Positions 19,650 to 30,970 are shown, counted from the first letter of the stretch. The stretch is DNA of 64,000 nucleotides from Fervidobacterium sp. (GCA_049970055.1 JBMFNR010000002.1:148406-212405), one strand, 5' to 3'. Notes: generated by a model from the sequence alone, not told the origin. Program-made: numbers and translations.

Positions 19650-21437
19650 ATGAGCGACTTCAAGTTAATTCTGAAGTATATGAAGGGGTGTAGAACTTTC
19701 TACTTTCTTGCCGTGTTATTCACTGCTCTATCTATAGTTTGTTCCCGGCTTGTACCACTAGTGGTTAAATTTACGATTGATAACGTTATAAATGGAGAAC
19801 GCTTAGATTCAAGCTTACTTTCTAAGATTTATCATTTTCTTGGAGGAAGGTCCTTTGTCATTGAAAACTTATGGATCATAGGGCTAATAGTGCTTGTAAT
19901 TTCTTTTTTCAATGCCCTATTTAACTATTTAAGGGAAAAGTTCGTAGGGTACACATCTGAGAATTTCGCAAAAAGGCTCAGGAATGATTTGTACAATGTT
20001 ATTTTGAAGGCAGAAAATATTTTTTACTCAAAATTCCAATCAGGTGATGTCGTGCAAAGATGTACATCGGATGTGGATAATGTAAGAAGATTCATAGCAA
20101 GTGACGCTATAATTGTTTGGAGAATATTATTTATGGTTATTTTCGTCTTATTTATTATGATAAGAATCGACGTAAAAATGACAATAATTTCTTCTCTGTC
20201 ATTACCAGTACTCACAGGAATTGCTTTATGGTTTTTTACAATTGTCAAAAAGCATTTTGAAAAGGTTGATGAAGCTGAAGCGTCTGTTACGAGCGTTTTG
20301 CAAGAGAATATCACAGGAGTTAGAGTTGTTAAAGCATTTACGCGCGAAGATTATGAAATAGAGAAGTTCTTGAAAAAGAATGCTGAATTTAGAAAACTTG
20401 ATCTAAAACTTATCAAACTATTTGCGATTTTCTGGACGGTATCGGATTTTATTGCACTCTTTCAATTCACGTTGGTCATTGTTGTTGGTACTTATTTTGC
20501 AGTTAAAGGAAACATAAGTGTTGGTACTTTAGTAGCTTTTACGACATACGTTGGAATGTTAGTTTGGCCTGCAAGGGAACTTGGTATGTTGCTTTCTAAC
20601 TTTGGTAAGGTAAAAGTATCAGTCAAGAGAATTAATGAAATTCTTTCTCAGCAATTAGAAGAATTGGATAATGGGACAAACATCATGAAAATATCTGGTG
20701 ATATCGAATTTAAAGATGTTTGGTTCGGTTATAAACCGGAACATCCGGTTTTGAAAGGTGTTTCTTTCAAAATAAGAAGTGGGGAGACCGTCGCATTCTT
20801 TGGAAGCACAGGTTCCGGAAAATCGACAGCAATTGCTTTATTAATGAGAATGTATGAACCAGACAAGGGAAAAATACTCGTCGATGGTATTGACATAAGG
20901 CAAATTCCCAAGAGTATTTTAAGAAGAAACATTGGTCTTGTACCACAAGAAACCTTCCTTTTTTCAAAAACAGTGAGGGAAAACATATCAATTACCAAAC
21001 CCCATGCAACCTATGATGAAATTGTGCATTCAGCAAAGCTTGCATCAGTGCACGAGGATATAGTTCAACTTGAAAGTGGCTACGATACACTTGTTGGAGA
21101 AAAGGGTATTAATCTTTCTGGAGGACAAAGCCAAAGAGTCACAATTGCGCGTACACTTATAAAAGATTATTCCATACTCATTTTTGATGACTCTATGAGT
21201 GCAGTCGATACTGAAACAGAAAATCAAATAAGAAAAGCTATTAGAGAGAAAAGCAAAAGCAGAACAACCATTGTAGTTTCACACAGAATTTCAAGTATAA
21301 AAGATGTTGAAAAAATTATTGTTTTCGAAGCCGGCAGGATAAGCAATATTGGTACACATGATGAATTGATAAACCAACCAGGCCTTTATCAGAGAGTATG
21401 GAAAATAGAAAACTTCTTGAAGTCCACGGGGGAGTGA
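19650..21437 (+). CDS. ABC exporter, TMD-NBD fused, subunit 1 of heterodimer
   Basis: GSTGSGKS, LSGGQ, IFDDSMS (degenerate Walker B); ATG 19650 after GGAGG. Confidence 0.92.
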   Translation: MSDFKLILKYMKGCRTFYFLAVLFTALSIVCSRLVPLVVKFTIDNVINGERLDSSLLSKIYHFLGGRSFVIENLWIIGLIVLVISFFNALFNYLREKFVGYTSENFAKRLRNDLYNVILKAENIFYSKFQSGDVVQRCTSDVDNVRRFIASDAIIVWRILFMVIFVLFIMIRIDVKMTIISSLSLPVLTGIALWFFTIVKKHFEKVDEAEASVTSVLQENITGVRVVKAFTREDYEIEKFLKKNAEFRKLDLKLIKLFAIFWTVSDFIALFQFTLVIVVGTYFAVKGNISVGTLVAFTTYVGMLVWPARELGMLLSNFGKVKVSVKRINEILSQQLEELDNGTNIMKISGDIEFKDVWFGYKPEHPVLKGVSFKIRSGETVAFFGSTGSGKSTAIALLMRMYEPDKGKILVDGIDIRQIPKSILRRNIGLVPQETFLFSKTVRENISITKPHATYDEIVHSAKLASVHEDIVQLESGYDTLVGEKGINLSGGQSQRVTIARTLIKDYSILIFDDSMSAVDTETENQIRKAIREKSKSRTTIVVSHRISSIKDVEKIIVFEAGRISNIGTHDELINQPGLYQRVWKIENFLKSTGE

Positions 21438-21441
21438 AAAA

Positions 21442-23229
21442 ATGGAAGAACTTATTGTAGATAAAAAAAGTAAATTTGATATCAAACTTTGGAAGAAATT
21501 TAGTGTATTTTTGAAAAAATATAAGCTTCACATGACAGGATTAATTTTTGTTATGCTTGTTGTTGGTTTCACTGATGCGACTTATCCTTATTTAACGAAA
21601 TATGCTATTGATAATTTCATAGCTAATAAATCTTTCATCGGATTCACTAGGTACGTCATGTTGTTCTTTGTTGTAGTCGTTATACAAGTTAGTGGTACAT
21701 ATTTTCTTATAATGCTTGCGGGCAAGATTGAAAATGGATTTTCATACGATGTAAGGAATGAAGCTTTCAAAAAATTGCAATCTTTTCCTCTTTTGTTCTT
21801 TGATAATACGCAAACAGGCTTTCTTATTTCGAGAGTTATGTCCGATGTCCAGCGGATAAGTTCTGTAATGTCCTGGCAGGTAGTTGATGGTGTTTGGGCT
21901 CTATCTTCTATGAGCTTTACAGTTATTTATTCTTTTCTTTTAAACTGGAAACTCGCACTTTTTATACTTTTCGCAATTCCACCTTTAGGAGTGGTAAGCT
22001 TATACTTTCAAAAAAAGATACTGTCTCAACAAAGGATTGTTCGGAAATTAGTTTCTGAAGTTACAAGTATATTCAACGAAGGACTCATGGGTGCAAGGAC
22101 AGCGAAGATACTTGGTGTTGAAGAGACGAGAATTTCTGATTTCATGCAGCAAACACAAGAACTAATGAGAGCATCGGTAAAATCCATTATTTTATCAGGT
22201 ATTTATACACCAATTGTTTTATTCACAGGTAGCGTGGTGACATCTTTTATACTTGTTTATGGAGGTAGTAAAACTTACATCGGAGCACTAAGTGTTGGTA
22301 CGCTTACGGCTGCTGTTTTTTACTCTATTCAGTTTTTTGAACCTGTTATGCAACTTGCAAGGATTTTGGCGGAACTTGTTTCCGCTCAAGCTGCTGCTGA
22401 GAGGGTATTGGAACTATTGAATACTCAACCAGATATAGTTGACAAAGAAGATTCTATCGATATGTTCATTAAGGGAGAAATTGTTTTTGACGACGTGTCT
22501 TTCAAATATTCAAAAGGTAATTGGGTCTTAAAATCATTCAGTTTAAAGGTTCGAAAAGGAGAGACAATAGCCATTGTTGGCGATACAGGATCTGGAAAGT
22601 CAACAATTGTAAATTTAATAGGTAGATTTTATGAGCCTACTCAAGGTACAATATATATTGATGGGATTGATTACAGAAAGATAAAGCTGAAAACACTAAG
22701 AACAAGTATAGGCTATGTACTCCAAACACCACATTTGTTTAGCGCGACAATAGCAGAAAATATACGTTACGGAAAATTAGATGCTACAATTGACGAAATA
22801 ATCGAGGCCGCAAAGTTGGTGAATGCCCATGATTTTATTATTAATCTTGAAAAAGGTTACGAAACGCAAGTTGGTGAAGGTGGAACGAATCTTTCAGTTG
22901 GTCAAAGACAGCTTATAGCCCTTGCAAGAGTTGTTGTTGCAAATCCGAAGATAATAATATTAGACGAAGCTACAAGTTCAATAGATGCATATACAGAACA
23001 TTTGATACAAGACGCAATTCATAATTTACTGCACGGTAGAACGAGTTTTGTTATCGCTCATAGATTGTCGACTATAAAAAATGCCGATAGGATACTGGTG
23101 ATAGAGAAAGGTAAGATAGTTGAGGAAGGAGCTCACAAGCAGCTTATGAAAAATAGGGGAAAATATTACAAGCTGTACATTAATCAGTTTGTACGTGAAA
23201 AGGAAGAAGATATTTTGAGAGAAAAATAG
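21442..23229 (+). CDS. ABC exporter, TMD-NBD fused, subunit 2 of heterodimer
   Basis: GDTGSGKS, LSVGQRQ, ILDEATS, AHRLST. Confidence 0.92.
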   Translation: MEELIVDKKSKFDIKLWKKFSVFLKKYKLHMTGLIFVMLVVGFTDATYPYLTKYAIDNFIANKSFIGFTRYVMLFFVVVVIQVSGTYFLIMLAGKIENGFSYDVRNEAFKKLQSFPLLFFDNTQTGFLISRVMSDVQRISSVMSWQVVDGVWALSSMSFTVIYSFLLNWKLALFILFAIPPLGVVSLYFQKKILSQQRIVRKLVSEVTSIFNEGLMGARTAKILGVEETRISDFMQQTQELMRASVKSIILSGIYTPIVLFTGSVVTSFILVYGGSKTYIGALSVGTLTAAVFYSIQFFEPVMQLARILAELVSAQAAAERVLELLNTQPDIVDKEDSIDMFIKGEIVFDDVSFKYSKGNWVLKSFSLKVRKGETIAIVGDTGSGKSTIVNLIGRFYEPTQGTIYIDGIDYRKIKLKTLRTSIGYVLQTPHLFSATIAENIRYGKLDATIDEIIEAAKLVNAHDFIINLEKGYETQVGEGGTNLSVGQRQLIALARVVVANPKIIILDEATSSIDAYTEHLIQDAIHNLLHGRTSFVIAHRLSTIKNADRILVIEKGKIVEEGAHKQLMKNRGKYYKLYINQFVREKEEDILREK

Positions 23230-23420
23230 ATGCTTTAATCCGGGAATACTTAAATTAATACGAAATCACGCTATTTAAATCCGCTAATTTGTTTTTTTCT
23301 TTGGTATACTTACTTGTTTTAAGCTTATTTTTGTTTAACGAATTAAGCAAGGATAGTATAATTATAAATGTGAATAATTTGTGAATGGCTTCTCTTAAAA
23401 ACTAAAAGGAGGCGGTTGCT

Positions 23421-24473
23421 TTGGGAACAATTACGATGAAAGCGATTATGAAAGAAAAAGCAGGCCCAGGCTTAGTGATGAAAGATGTTAAAAAGCTAGA
23501 CGAATCGGATCTTGGCCCCAGAGATGTTTTAGTTAAAGTTCGAAGAGCGTCAATTTGTGGTACCGATGTGCATATATACAAGTGGGACGAGTGGTCGCAA
23601 TCAAGGATTATTCCACCTCTCATTACAGGTCATGAAATGGCTGGAGAAGTCGTGGCAATAGGAAGTGCTGTGACAAGAGTTAATATAGGTGATCTTGTTG
23701 CAGCTGAAACACATATTCCTTGCGAGACTTGTTATCAGTGTAAAACTGGAAGAATGCATGTTTGCAAAAATTTAAAGATATTAGGTGTAGATACAAATGG
23801 AATTTTCGCGGAATACGCTGTTATTCCTGAAAGTGTGTTGTGGAAGTTCTCTCGCGAAATTCCACTTGATTTTGCTTCCGTGATGGAACCTTTTGGAAAT
23901 GCAATACATACCGCTTTCGTGACAAACTTGCTAGGTAAGAATGTACTTATAACAGGTGCTGGGCCCATAGGTTTGATGGCAATCCAAGTTGCCAAAGTTG
24001 CAGGTGCGAGCACTGTTATCGTTTCAGAAGTAGACCCGCTAAGAATTAAGATGGCTCAAGAAAACGGCGCAGATGTGGTAATCAACCCCACCGAGAAGGA
24101 TCTTGTTAAAGAAGTTTACAAATTGTTGGATGACGGTGTTGACGTACTATTTGAGATGAGCGGTAATAGAAGAGCATTTGAAGACGGACTGAAGTGTGTT
24201 ACAATGGGAGGAGAAGTATCAATTCTTGGAATATTTGGTGGTAAAATGGATATAAATATAGATGCTTTAGTAACAATGAGAGGTTTGACTCTTTACGGTA
24301 TCACAGGTAGGAGGATGTTTGAAACTTGGAGAATTGCTGATGAATTGCTTAGAACAAAAAAAGTAGATCTTTCAAAGGTAGTTACTCACATATTACCTTT
24401 TGACGAATGGGAAAAAGGTTTTGAACTGATGCTTAATAAGCAATGTGGAAAAGTTGTCCTTAATTTGGATTGA
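23421..24473 (+). CDS. tdh: L-threonine 3-dehydrogenase
   Basis: [17 protein letters not shown], Zn-binding Cys cluster, GITGR; adjacent to kbl. Confidence 0.95.
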   Translation: MGTITMKAIMKEKAGPGLVMKDVKKLDESDLGPRDVLVKVRRASICGTDVHIYKWDEWSQSRIIPPLITGHEMAGEVVAIGSAVTRVNIGDLVAAETHIPCETCYQCKTGRMHVCKNLKILGVDTNGIFAEYAVIPESVLWKFSREIPLDFASVMEPFGNAIHTAFVTNLLGKNVLITGAGPIGLMAIQVAKVAGASTVIVSEVDPLRIKMAQENGADVVINPTEKDLVKEVYKLLDDGVDVLFEMSGNRRAFEDGLKCVTMGGEVSILGIFGGKMDINIDALVTMRGLTLYGITGRRMFETWRIADELLRTKKVDLSKVVTHILPFDEWEKGFELMLNKQCGKVVLNLD

Positions 24474-24507
24474 ATTTGAGCAAGCATTGAGAAAGGAGGG
24501 GATTGAG

Positions 24508-25695
24508 ATGTTCAATTATAAGATTCTTGAAGACGAAATGGAAAATTTGAAAGCGGAAGGTCTTTATGTTAATATACGAACACTTGAATCACCACAGGGT
24601 GCATGGATTGTAGTAAATGGGAAAAAAGTATTGAATATGTGTTCAAATAACTATCTTGGTTTTGCAAACGACGAGAGGTTAAAACAAGCGGCAAAAAAGG
24701 CTATTGACGAATGGGGAGTTGGACCAGGTGCCGTTAGGACAATAGCTGGAACGATGAAAATCCACGAAGAATTGGAAAAAGCTCTTGCGGAGTTTAAAGG
24801 AGCCGATGCAACAATATTTCTCCAGTCTGGATTTTTGGCAAATCAAGCAGCTATACCTACAGTTTTCGGCGATGAAAACGATGCAATTATTTCCGATGAG
24901 TTGAACCATGCAAGTATAATTGATGGTGTAAGACTTTCAAAAGCGAAAAGGTATGTTTACAAGCATAATGATATGGATGAACTCGAAGCACGGTTAAAAG
25001 AAGCAAGAGATATCCAAAAAGCAAGGAGGATATTGATAATCACAGATGGCGTTTTCAGCATGGACGGAGATATAGCACCACTCCCGGATATTGTTGAACT
25101 TGCTGAAAAATACGATGCTGCCGTAATGGTTGATGATGCACATGGTGAAGGAGTTTTGGGAAGAGGTGGAAGAGGTATCGTTGATCACTTTGGTTTACAT
25201 GGAAGAGTAGATATGGAAATTGGAACATTATCGAAGGCTTTTGGTGTTCTCGGAGGGTATATCGCTGGAAAAGAGACTCTCATCAAGTACTTGAAACAAA
25301 AAGCAAGACCATTTTTGTTTAGCACAGGTTTGACACCTGCTGATGTTGCGGCATGTCTGGAAGCAGTAAAAATTCTCCAAGAGAGTGATGAGAGAGTTAG
25401 GAAACTATGGGATAATGCAAATTACTTTAAGACTGAGATGAGAAAACTTGGGTTTGATCTTGGTGTGAGTCAAACTCCAATAACGCCTGTGATGTTATAC
25501 GATGCAAAGGTTGCAAGTCAATTTAGTAAAGAATTGTTTGAAGAGGGTGTGTTCGCTCAATCGATCGGTTATCCGACAGTGCCAAAAGGAAAAGCAAGAA
25601 TTAGGGTGATGATAAGCGCAGTACATGCGAAAGGTGATCTTGATTTTGCACTTGAGAAGTTTGAAAAAGTTGGCAGGAAGCTGGCAGTTATCTAA
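24508..25695 (+). CDS. kbl: Glycine C-acetyltransferase (2-amino-3-ketobutyrate CoA ligase)
   Basis: [32 protein letters not shown]; start at MFNYK. Confidence 0.9.
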   Translation: MFNYKILEDEMENLKAEGLYVNIRTLESPQGAWIVVNGKKVLNMCSNNYLGFANDERLKQAAKKAIDEWGVGPGAVRTIAGTMKIHEELEKALAEFKGADATIFLQSGFLANQAAIPTVFGDENDAIISDELNHASIIDGVRLSKAKRYVYKHNDMDELEARLKEARDIQKARRILIITDGVFSMDGDIAPLPDIVELAEKYDAAVMVDDAHGEGVLGRGGRGIVDHFGLHGRVDMEIGTLSKAFGVLGGYIAGKETLIKYLKQKARPFLFSTGLTPADVAACLEAVKILQESDERVRKLWDNANYFKTEMRKLGFDLGVSQTPITPVMLYDAKVASQFSKELFEEGVFAQSIGYPTVPKGKARIRVMISAVHAKGDLDFALEKFEKVGRKLAVI

Positions 25696-25707
25696 TAGTT
25701 AGAATGC

Positions 25708-25751
25708 AATATCGGTAATCAGGTATACTACCCTGGTTACCGATATTTTTT
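25708..25751 (+). terminator. Intrinsic terminator after kbl
   Basis: AATATCGGTAATCAGG...CCTGGTTACCGATATTTTTT. Confidence 0.7.
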
Positions 25752-25768
25752 AGATCGGATGTGAGAAT

Positions 25769-26986
25769 ATGGATATATTTACATATCCGCAAGGAACTGT
25801 GTTGTATAACTTTGGCGAGGTACCAAGTGGAATCTATTTTCTCATAGAAGGTGATGTTTCAATAACATTTTACAAGAAAGAATTTACTTTAAACACAGGA
25901 TCATTTGGTGAATGGTCACTTTTCTCGTTGCCATCTCAGGAAAAGGTATTGGTATCATCGAAAGAAGCAACATTTTATGTTTTTAGACCTGATGAAGTAT
26001 TGCAATCCAGAGATTTTGAAAAAATATTGAAAAAGTTTATTTCGTCGATTGCGAAAAGACTCATGTTTATAAATTCTGAACTTGCTCAATGTCAAGAAAT
26101 ACCAGAATACGTAGGTCCTGATAGATTGAGGTTCTTTAAAAGAACTCATCCAAATGCTATACGATTTGATGAAAAAATATTTCAAGACATTTCTCTTATG
26201 AAACACCTTTTTGTAAAGGGAGAATATAAAGAAGCATTTAACATCTCTGTTAAACTGCTTTCAGAAGTACTTGTTAAAGATTTAAAAAAGGAGATAACGA
26301 TTTGGTACACGTTACTTACGTTGATACTTGACCCAGAACACGCGCACTTACACTTTAAAAGACTTGATCCAAAAGAATACGGAGATCATCTGTCATACCA
26401 ATATTTAAGCACATTTTTTAATGGTGGACAGGCTCGAGAGATAGTGGAACTATACATGAAAGCAGGGTTTTATATACCTACTCACACACTGTTAACGATC
26501 GAAGGTGAACCAGCTACACAGGGATTCTTAATTCTAAGGGGTTATTTAAAAGCAGTTAAATTGTACGAAGACAAGGAAATTTTACTATCCTTAGTAAAGC
26601 CTGGTGAATTTGTTGGAGAAAGTGCCATATTGGAGAATAAAACACGCATGATAACTTTGTATTCAATTTCTCCTGTGGAGCTGATTCCAATAACACGTGA
26701 GAATGTTGAAAAGGCGACCGAAAAAAATCCTGATTTTGTTCTCAAAATATGTGAGTCACAGCTCAAAAGAATAAAGCAAGTAAAAAGTTTAATAGAACTT
26801 AAAAGCAATCCTAACTCCATCCAACGCGTCGTCCTAGCTATAAATTATCTTCAAGAATTGCTTGAAAAGACCAGAATCAATGTACGAGATATATCAAACA
26901 TCGCCAATTCACCTTTAGAGATAGTTATCACTGAACTCAACAGGCAAGGTTTCAAAGTTTCCGTTGATGGGAGTGTCAGCGTGTGA
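25769..26986 (+). CDS. Protein with two cyclic-nucleotide-binding-like domains
   Basis: GIYFLIEG..SFGE and GFLILRG..PGEFVGE..R motifs. Confidence 0.72.
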   Translation: MDIFTYPQGTVLYNFGEVPSGIYFLIEGDVSITFYKKEFTLNTGSFGEWSLFSLPSQEKVLVSSKEATFYVFRPDEVLQSRDFEKILKKFISSIAKRLMFINSELAQCQEIPEYVGPDRLRFFKRTHPNAIRFDEKIFQDISLMKHLFVKGEYKEAFNISVKLLSEVLVKDLKKEITIWYTLLTLILDPEHAHLHFKRLDPKEYGDHLSYQYLSTFFNGGQAREIVELYMKAGFYIPTHTLLTIEGEPATQGFLILRGYLKAVKLYEDKEILLSLVKPGEFVGESAILENKTRMITLYSISPVELIPITRENVEKATEKNPDFVLKICESQLKRIKQVKSLIELKSNPNSIQRVVLAINYLQELLEKTRINVRDISNIANSPLEIVITELNRQGFKVSVDGSVSV

Positions 26987-28140
26987 GTAAACTCGTAAAA
27001 TTACTTAAGAACGCAGACGCATACACACCGTTTTACATTGGAAAAGTGGACATATTAATTGCGGGCGAAAAAATATTACGCGTTGAAAAGAATATGAACG
27101 TTTCTCTAAATGATTTGGAAGTATACAATTGTGAAGGTTTGGTTGCTATACCCGGGTTTATAGATCCGCATGTACACATAACTGGTGGCGGAGGTGAAGG
27201 CGGTTTTTCCACAAGAACTTTTGAATTGAAAATCTCTGATTGCGTGAAAAATGGTGTTACGACGGTCGTTGGATGTTTGGGGACAGATGGAGTTACAAGG
27301 AGCTTAGAAAATTTGTACGCAAAAGCAAAAGCATTGGAAGAAGAAGGAATAACAGCGTACATATACACTGGATCGTACCATATTCCACCAGTAACGTTTA
27401 CTGGTAGTATTCAAAAAGACCTCGTACTGATAGATAAAGTTGTTGGTGTGGGCGAAATAGCTATTTCAGATCATAGGTCTTCACAACCAACATTTGAAGA
27501 AGTTCTGAGGGTAGTAGCTGATGTTAGGGTTGGTGGAATGATTTCAGGAAAGCCTGGAATCGTTAATTTTCATGTAGGTAACGGTATTATGGGTATTGAT
27601 TGGCTTTTTGAAATTGTAAGGAAGACCGAAATTCCAATAAAGCACCTTTATCCAACTCATATGTCGAGAAATAAAAGGCTTTTTGAACAAGGATTGGAAT
27701 TTGCAAAAATAGGTGGAACGATTGATTTAACAGCTTTACAGCCCTATGAGAATGAAAAAGGTAATTTTTCAACAATAGATGCTGTTTTTGAAGCGTATGA
27801 AAATGGACTTATTGATCAAATTACGCTCTCATCTGATGGGCAGGGCAGCTTGCCAAAATTCGATAAAGCCGGAATTTTCGAAGGCTTAGCTGTTGGAAGC
27901 GTAGGTGCACTATTTTTCACGATACATAAGCTTGTCGAAAAAGGGCTGAAGCTCGATCAAGCCTTGAAGTTATCAACCACTAATCCATCTAAGGTTTTCG
28001 GGTTTAAAACAAAGGGAAGAATTATGCCTGGTTGTGATGCAGATATAGTACTTTTAAGAGATTGGGATATAGTATCTGTTGTATCTCGTGGAGAATTTCT
28101 TATGAAAGATGGTATATTGAAGCCTTTCAATTTCGATTAA
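26983..28140 (+). CDS. iadA: Isoaspartyl dipeptidase (beta-aspartyl peptidase)
   Basis: HVHITGGGGEGG, LGTDG, AISDHRSS, SSDGQGS. Confidence 0.95.
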   Translation: MSKLVKLLKNADAYTPFYIGKVDILIAGEKILRVEKNMNVSLNDLEVYNCEGLVAIPGFIDPHVHITGGGGEGGFSTRTFELKISDCVKNGVTTVVGCLGTDGVTRSLENLYAKAKALEEEGITAYIYTGSYHIPPVTFTGSIQKDLVLIDKVVGVGEIAISDHRSSQPTFEEVLRVVADVRVGGMISGKPGIVNFHVGNGIMGIDWLFEIVRKTEIPIKHLYPTHMSRNKRLFEQGLEFAKIGGTIDLTALQPYENEKGNFSTIDAVFEAYENGLIDQITLSSDGQGSLPKFDKAGIFEGLAVGSVGALFFTIHKLVEKGLKLDQALKLSTTNPSKVFGFKTKGRIMPGCDADIVLLRDWDIVSVVSRGEFLMKDGILKPFNFD

Positions 28141-28277
28141 AATCAAAGATGTTTGAAAAATAATCTTATACTTTGTTTTGTTAAGGTATCTGTTAGTTGA
28201 AAAACTTTGAGATGATAGTATACTTATCTTTGATAAGATTCTTGAGAAAGTAAAAAAACATACTAAGGAGGCATAGT

Positions 28278-29429
28278 ATGCTGAATCAGTTTTTGTTGTT
28301 CTTTAGCAAAATGGCATTTGCACAAATGACTTTAGGTAATATATTCATGATTTTGATAGCGGGTGTTTTAATTTATGTCGGTGTAAAAAAAGATGCGGAA
28401 CCACTTTTACTTATACCAATTGCATTTGGCATAGTTTTTTCAAACATTCCTCCACTTGCTACCGGTATCTTAAATCCTCCTCAAACTTTTTCAGATGGAA
28501 GGTTCATACCAGGTGGATTCATGTACTATATAAAAAAAGGACTTGATTTGGGTATTTACCCCCCTCTCATATTTTTGGGTATTGGCGCTCTCACAGACTT
28601 TTCTTTCATGATTTCATACCCGATTACAATATTTCTTGGTGGTGCTGCGCAAATAGGTATATTCGTTACATTTTTGTTTTCAAGGGCTTTGGGGTTTACG
28701 TTCAAACAAGCAGCCGCAATAGGTATCATCGGTGGTGCCGATGGTCCTACGTCGATTTACACTGCAACCAAATTTGCGCCTGAGCTACTTTCTATAATTG
28801 CCATTGCCGCATATTCATACATCGCACTTATTCCTATTCTTCAACCACCTGTTTCTAAATTACTAACAACGAAGGAAGAAAGGTTAATTCGCATGAAACC
28901 GCCAAGAAAAGTTTCAAAAACGGAAAAGATAGCTTTTTCGCTTATTACTACACTTGTTACAGCTTTGCTTGTTCCACAATCTTTAACACTTGTTGGTCCA
29001 CTTATGTTTGGAAATCTACTCAGAGAAGTGGGAAACGTTAAAAGGCTTGTCGAGGCAGCGAGTAAATACATACTTGATACAACAACAATTCTGCTTTGCT
29101 TATCTGTGGGAGCTTCAGCAAGGGCTGATATATTCTTAAAACCACAATCGTTGTTGGTCTTTGGAATGGGTGCATTTGCGTTTGTTTCGGCACTTGCCTC
29201 TGGTATATTATTTGCAAAAATAATGAACCTATTCCTGAAAGACAAAATCAACCCATTGATAGGTGCGGCAGGTGTATCTGCTGTTCCGGATAGTGCAAGA
29301 GTGGCTCAAAAATTAGCCCAAGTGGAAGATCCAACGAATTTTATTTTAATGCACGCCATGTCACCGAACGTTGCAGGAGTTATTGGATCAGCAGTTGCAG
29401 CTGGTGTATTTTTGGCGATATTTGGATGA
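28278..29429 (+). CDS. Na+-translocating decarboxylase beta subunit (OadB/GcdB/MmdB)
   Basis: EPLLL.PI, IGIIGGADGPTSIY, GAAGVSAVP, NVAGVIGSA. Confidence 0.93.
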   Translation: MLNQFLLFFSKMAFAQMTLGNIFMILIAGVLIYVGVKKDAEPLLLIPIAFGIVFSNIPPLATGILNPPQTFSDGRFIPGGFMYYIKKGLDLGIYPPLIFLGIGALTDFSFMISYPITIFLGGAAQIGIFVTFLFSRALGFTFKQAAAIGIIGGADGPTSIYTATKFAPELLSIIAIAAYSYIALIPILQPPVSKLLTTKEERLIRMKPPRKVSKTEKIAFSLITTLVTALLVPQSLTLVGPLMFGNLLREVGNVKRLVEAASKYILDTTTILLCLSVGASARADIFLKPQSLLVFGMGAFAFVSALASGILFAKIMNLFLKDKINPLIGAAGVSAVPDSARVAQKLAQVEDPTNFILMHAMSPNVAGVIGSAVAAGVFLAIFG

Positions 29430-29446
29430 GTAAAGGAGGTTTTCGG

Positions 29447-29686
29447 ATGGCCAAGAAGCAATTTCGTGTAGAGATCAAATACGAATGGTGTAAAGCATGT
29501 GGTATATGCTATAACGTATGTCCTACAAAAACTATCATCAAAGGCGAACTAAATAAGCCCGCTGTTCCGAATCACAGTAAATGTATTGGTTGTTTAATGT
29601 GCGAAAATTTGTGTCCTGATTTTGTTATTAATATAGTCGAAGTAAAGCAAGATGAAGATCAGAAGGTTGGTGTCGAAAATGCCTAA
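29447..29686 (+). CDS. 2x[4Fe-4S] ferredoxin-like delta subunit of 2-oxoacid oxidoreductase
   Basis: CKACGIC...CP and CIGCLMC...CP. Confidence 0.88.
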   Translation: MAKKQFRVEIKYEWCKACGICYNVCPTKTIIKGELNKPAVPNHSKCIGCLMCENLCPDFVINIVEVKQDEDQKVGVENA

Positions 29687-30848
29687 GAACACAAGGATGG
29701 TTTTCTGGCAAGGTAACGAAGCTTGTGCTTACGGTGCAATAAAAGCAGGATGTAGATTTTATGCGGGATATCCAATAACACCATCATCTGAAATTGCGGA
29801 GACGATGGCTCGTGAACTCCCGAGAGTTGGTGGTGTTTTCATCCAAATGGAAGATGAAATTGCAAGTGCCGCGGCTATAATAGGTGCCTCACTTGCTGGA
29901 GCGAAGTCAATGACGGCAACTAGTGGTCCCGGGTTTAGTTTAATGCAGGAAGCCATTGGATACGCGATTATGACAGAGACGCCAACAGTTTTTGTCAATG
30001 TTATGAGAGGTGGTCCATCAACGGGGATGCCCACAAAACCTTCCCAGGGTGATATAATGCAAGCAAGGTGGGGTACCCACGGAGATCACGCAATTATTGC
30101 GCTCTATCCTTCGACTGTTGAAGAGGTTTACAGGTACACTATCAAAGCATTTAATTTGGCTGAAGAGTATAGAACACCTGTTGTGCTGTTGATGGACGAA
30201 GTGCTTGGTCATATGCGTGAGAATTTCGTATTGCCACCTGACAGTGAAATCGAAATTATTGAACGTGTTACTTCAAGAGAGCTTGAGGAAGAAGAGATTT
30301 TTGTTCCTTTCTCAGAAACTGAGTATGCAGAAAATCTACCACCTACACTTGTAGAGATGGGGAAGGCAAAGTTTCATGTGTCAGGGCTTGTACATGATGA
30401 ATCAGGCTTTCCTATGGCGACAGCAGAAACAGCTGAAAAATTGATAAGGAGGCTCGTTAATAAAATAAAACTTCACATCGATAAAATAGCAGAATGTGAA
30501 GAATTCATGGTAGACGATGCTGAGACGATCATAATAGCCTACGGTTCGGTGGCGAGATCAGCAAAAGAAGCGGTTTTAATGGCAAGAAGGGATGGAATTA
30601 AAGTTGGACTACTGAGACCTATCACCATTTGGCCCATTCCAATTGAGAAGCTGAGAAAAAGACTCTCAAATGTGCAAAATGTACTTGTTGCCGAGATGAA
30701 CCTTGGACAATATGCGAGTGAAGTGACAAAACTTGTAAAGCCGGGAACCAAGGTTAGATTACTTAGCAAGGTTGGTGGAGAACTAATCGCACCACATGAA
30801 ATTCTAAGTGAATTAAACAATATGCTCCTCGAAGGCATAGATTTCTAA
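29679..30848 (+). CDS. 2-oxoacid:ferredoxin oxidoreductase alpha subunit (KorA-like)
   Basis: GNEA, AGYPITPSSE, QMEDEI, TSGPG, RGGPSTG. Confidence 0.92.
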   Translation: MPKNTRMVFWQGNEACAYGAIKAGCRFYAGYPITPSSEIAETMARELPRVGGVFIQMEDEIASAAAIIGASLAGAKSMTATSGPGFSLMQEAIGYAIMTETPTVFVNVMRGGPSTGMPTKPSQGDIMQARWGTHGDHAIIALYPSTVEEVYRYTIKAFNLAEEYRTPVVLLMDEVLGHMRENFVLPPDSEIEIIERVTSRELEEEEIFVPFSETEYAENLPPTLVEMGKAKFHVSGLVHDESGFPMATAETAEKLIRRLVNKIKLHIDKIAECEEFMVDDAETIIIAYGSVARSAKEAVLMARRDGIKVGLLRPITIWPIPIEKLRKRLSNVQNVLVAEMNLGQYASEVTKLVKPGTKVRLLSKVGGELIAPHEILSELNNMLLEGIDF

Positions 30849-30864
30849 TATATTTCACATGTTT

Positions 30865-30899
30865 GGGTCATCCTTTTGGATGGCCTTTTTTCTTTTTTT
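30865..30899 (+). terminator. Intrinsic terminator
   Basis: GGTCATCC-tttt-GGATGGCC followed by T tract. Confidence 0.7.
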
Positions 30900-30970
30900 A
30901 TGGTAAAATATATTTAGGATAACTAGATTCAAAACAAAAACTTAAATGAAAACTTAGGAGAGGTGTTTGA

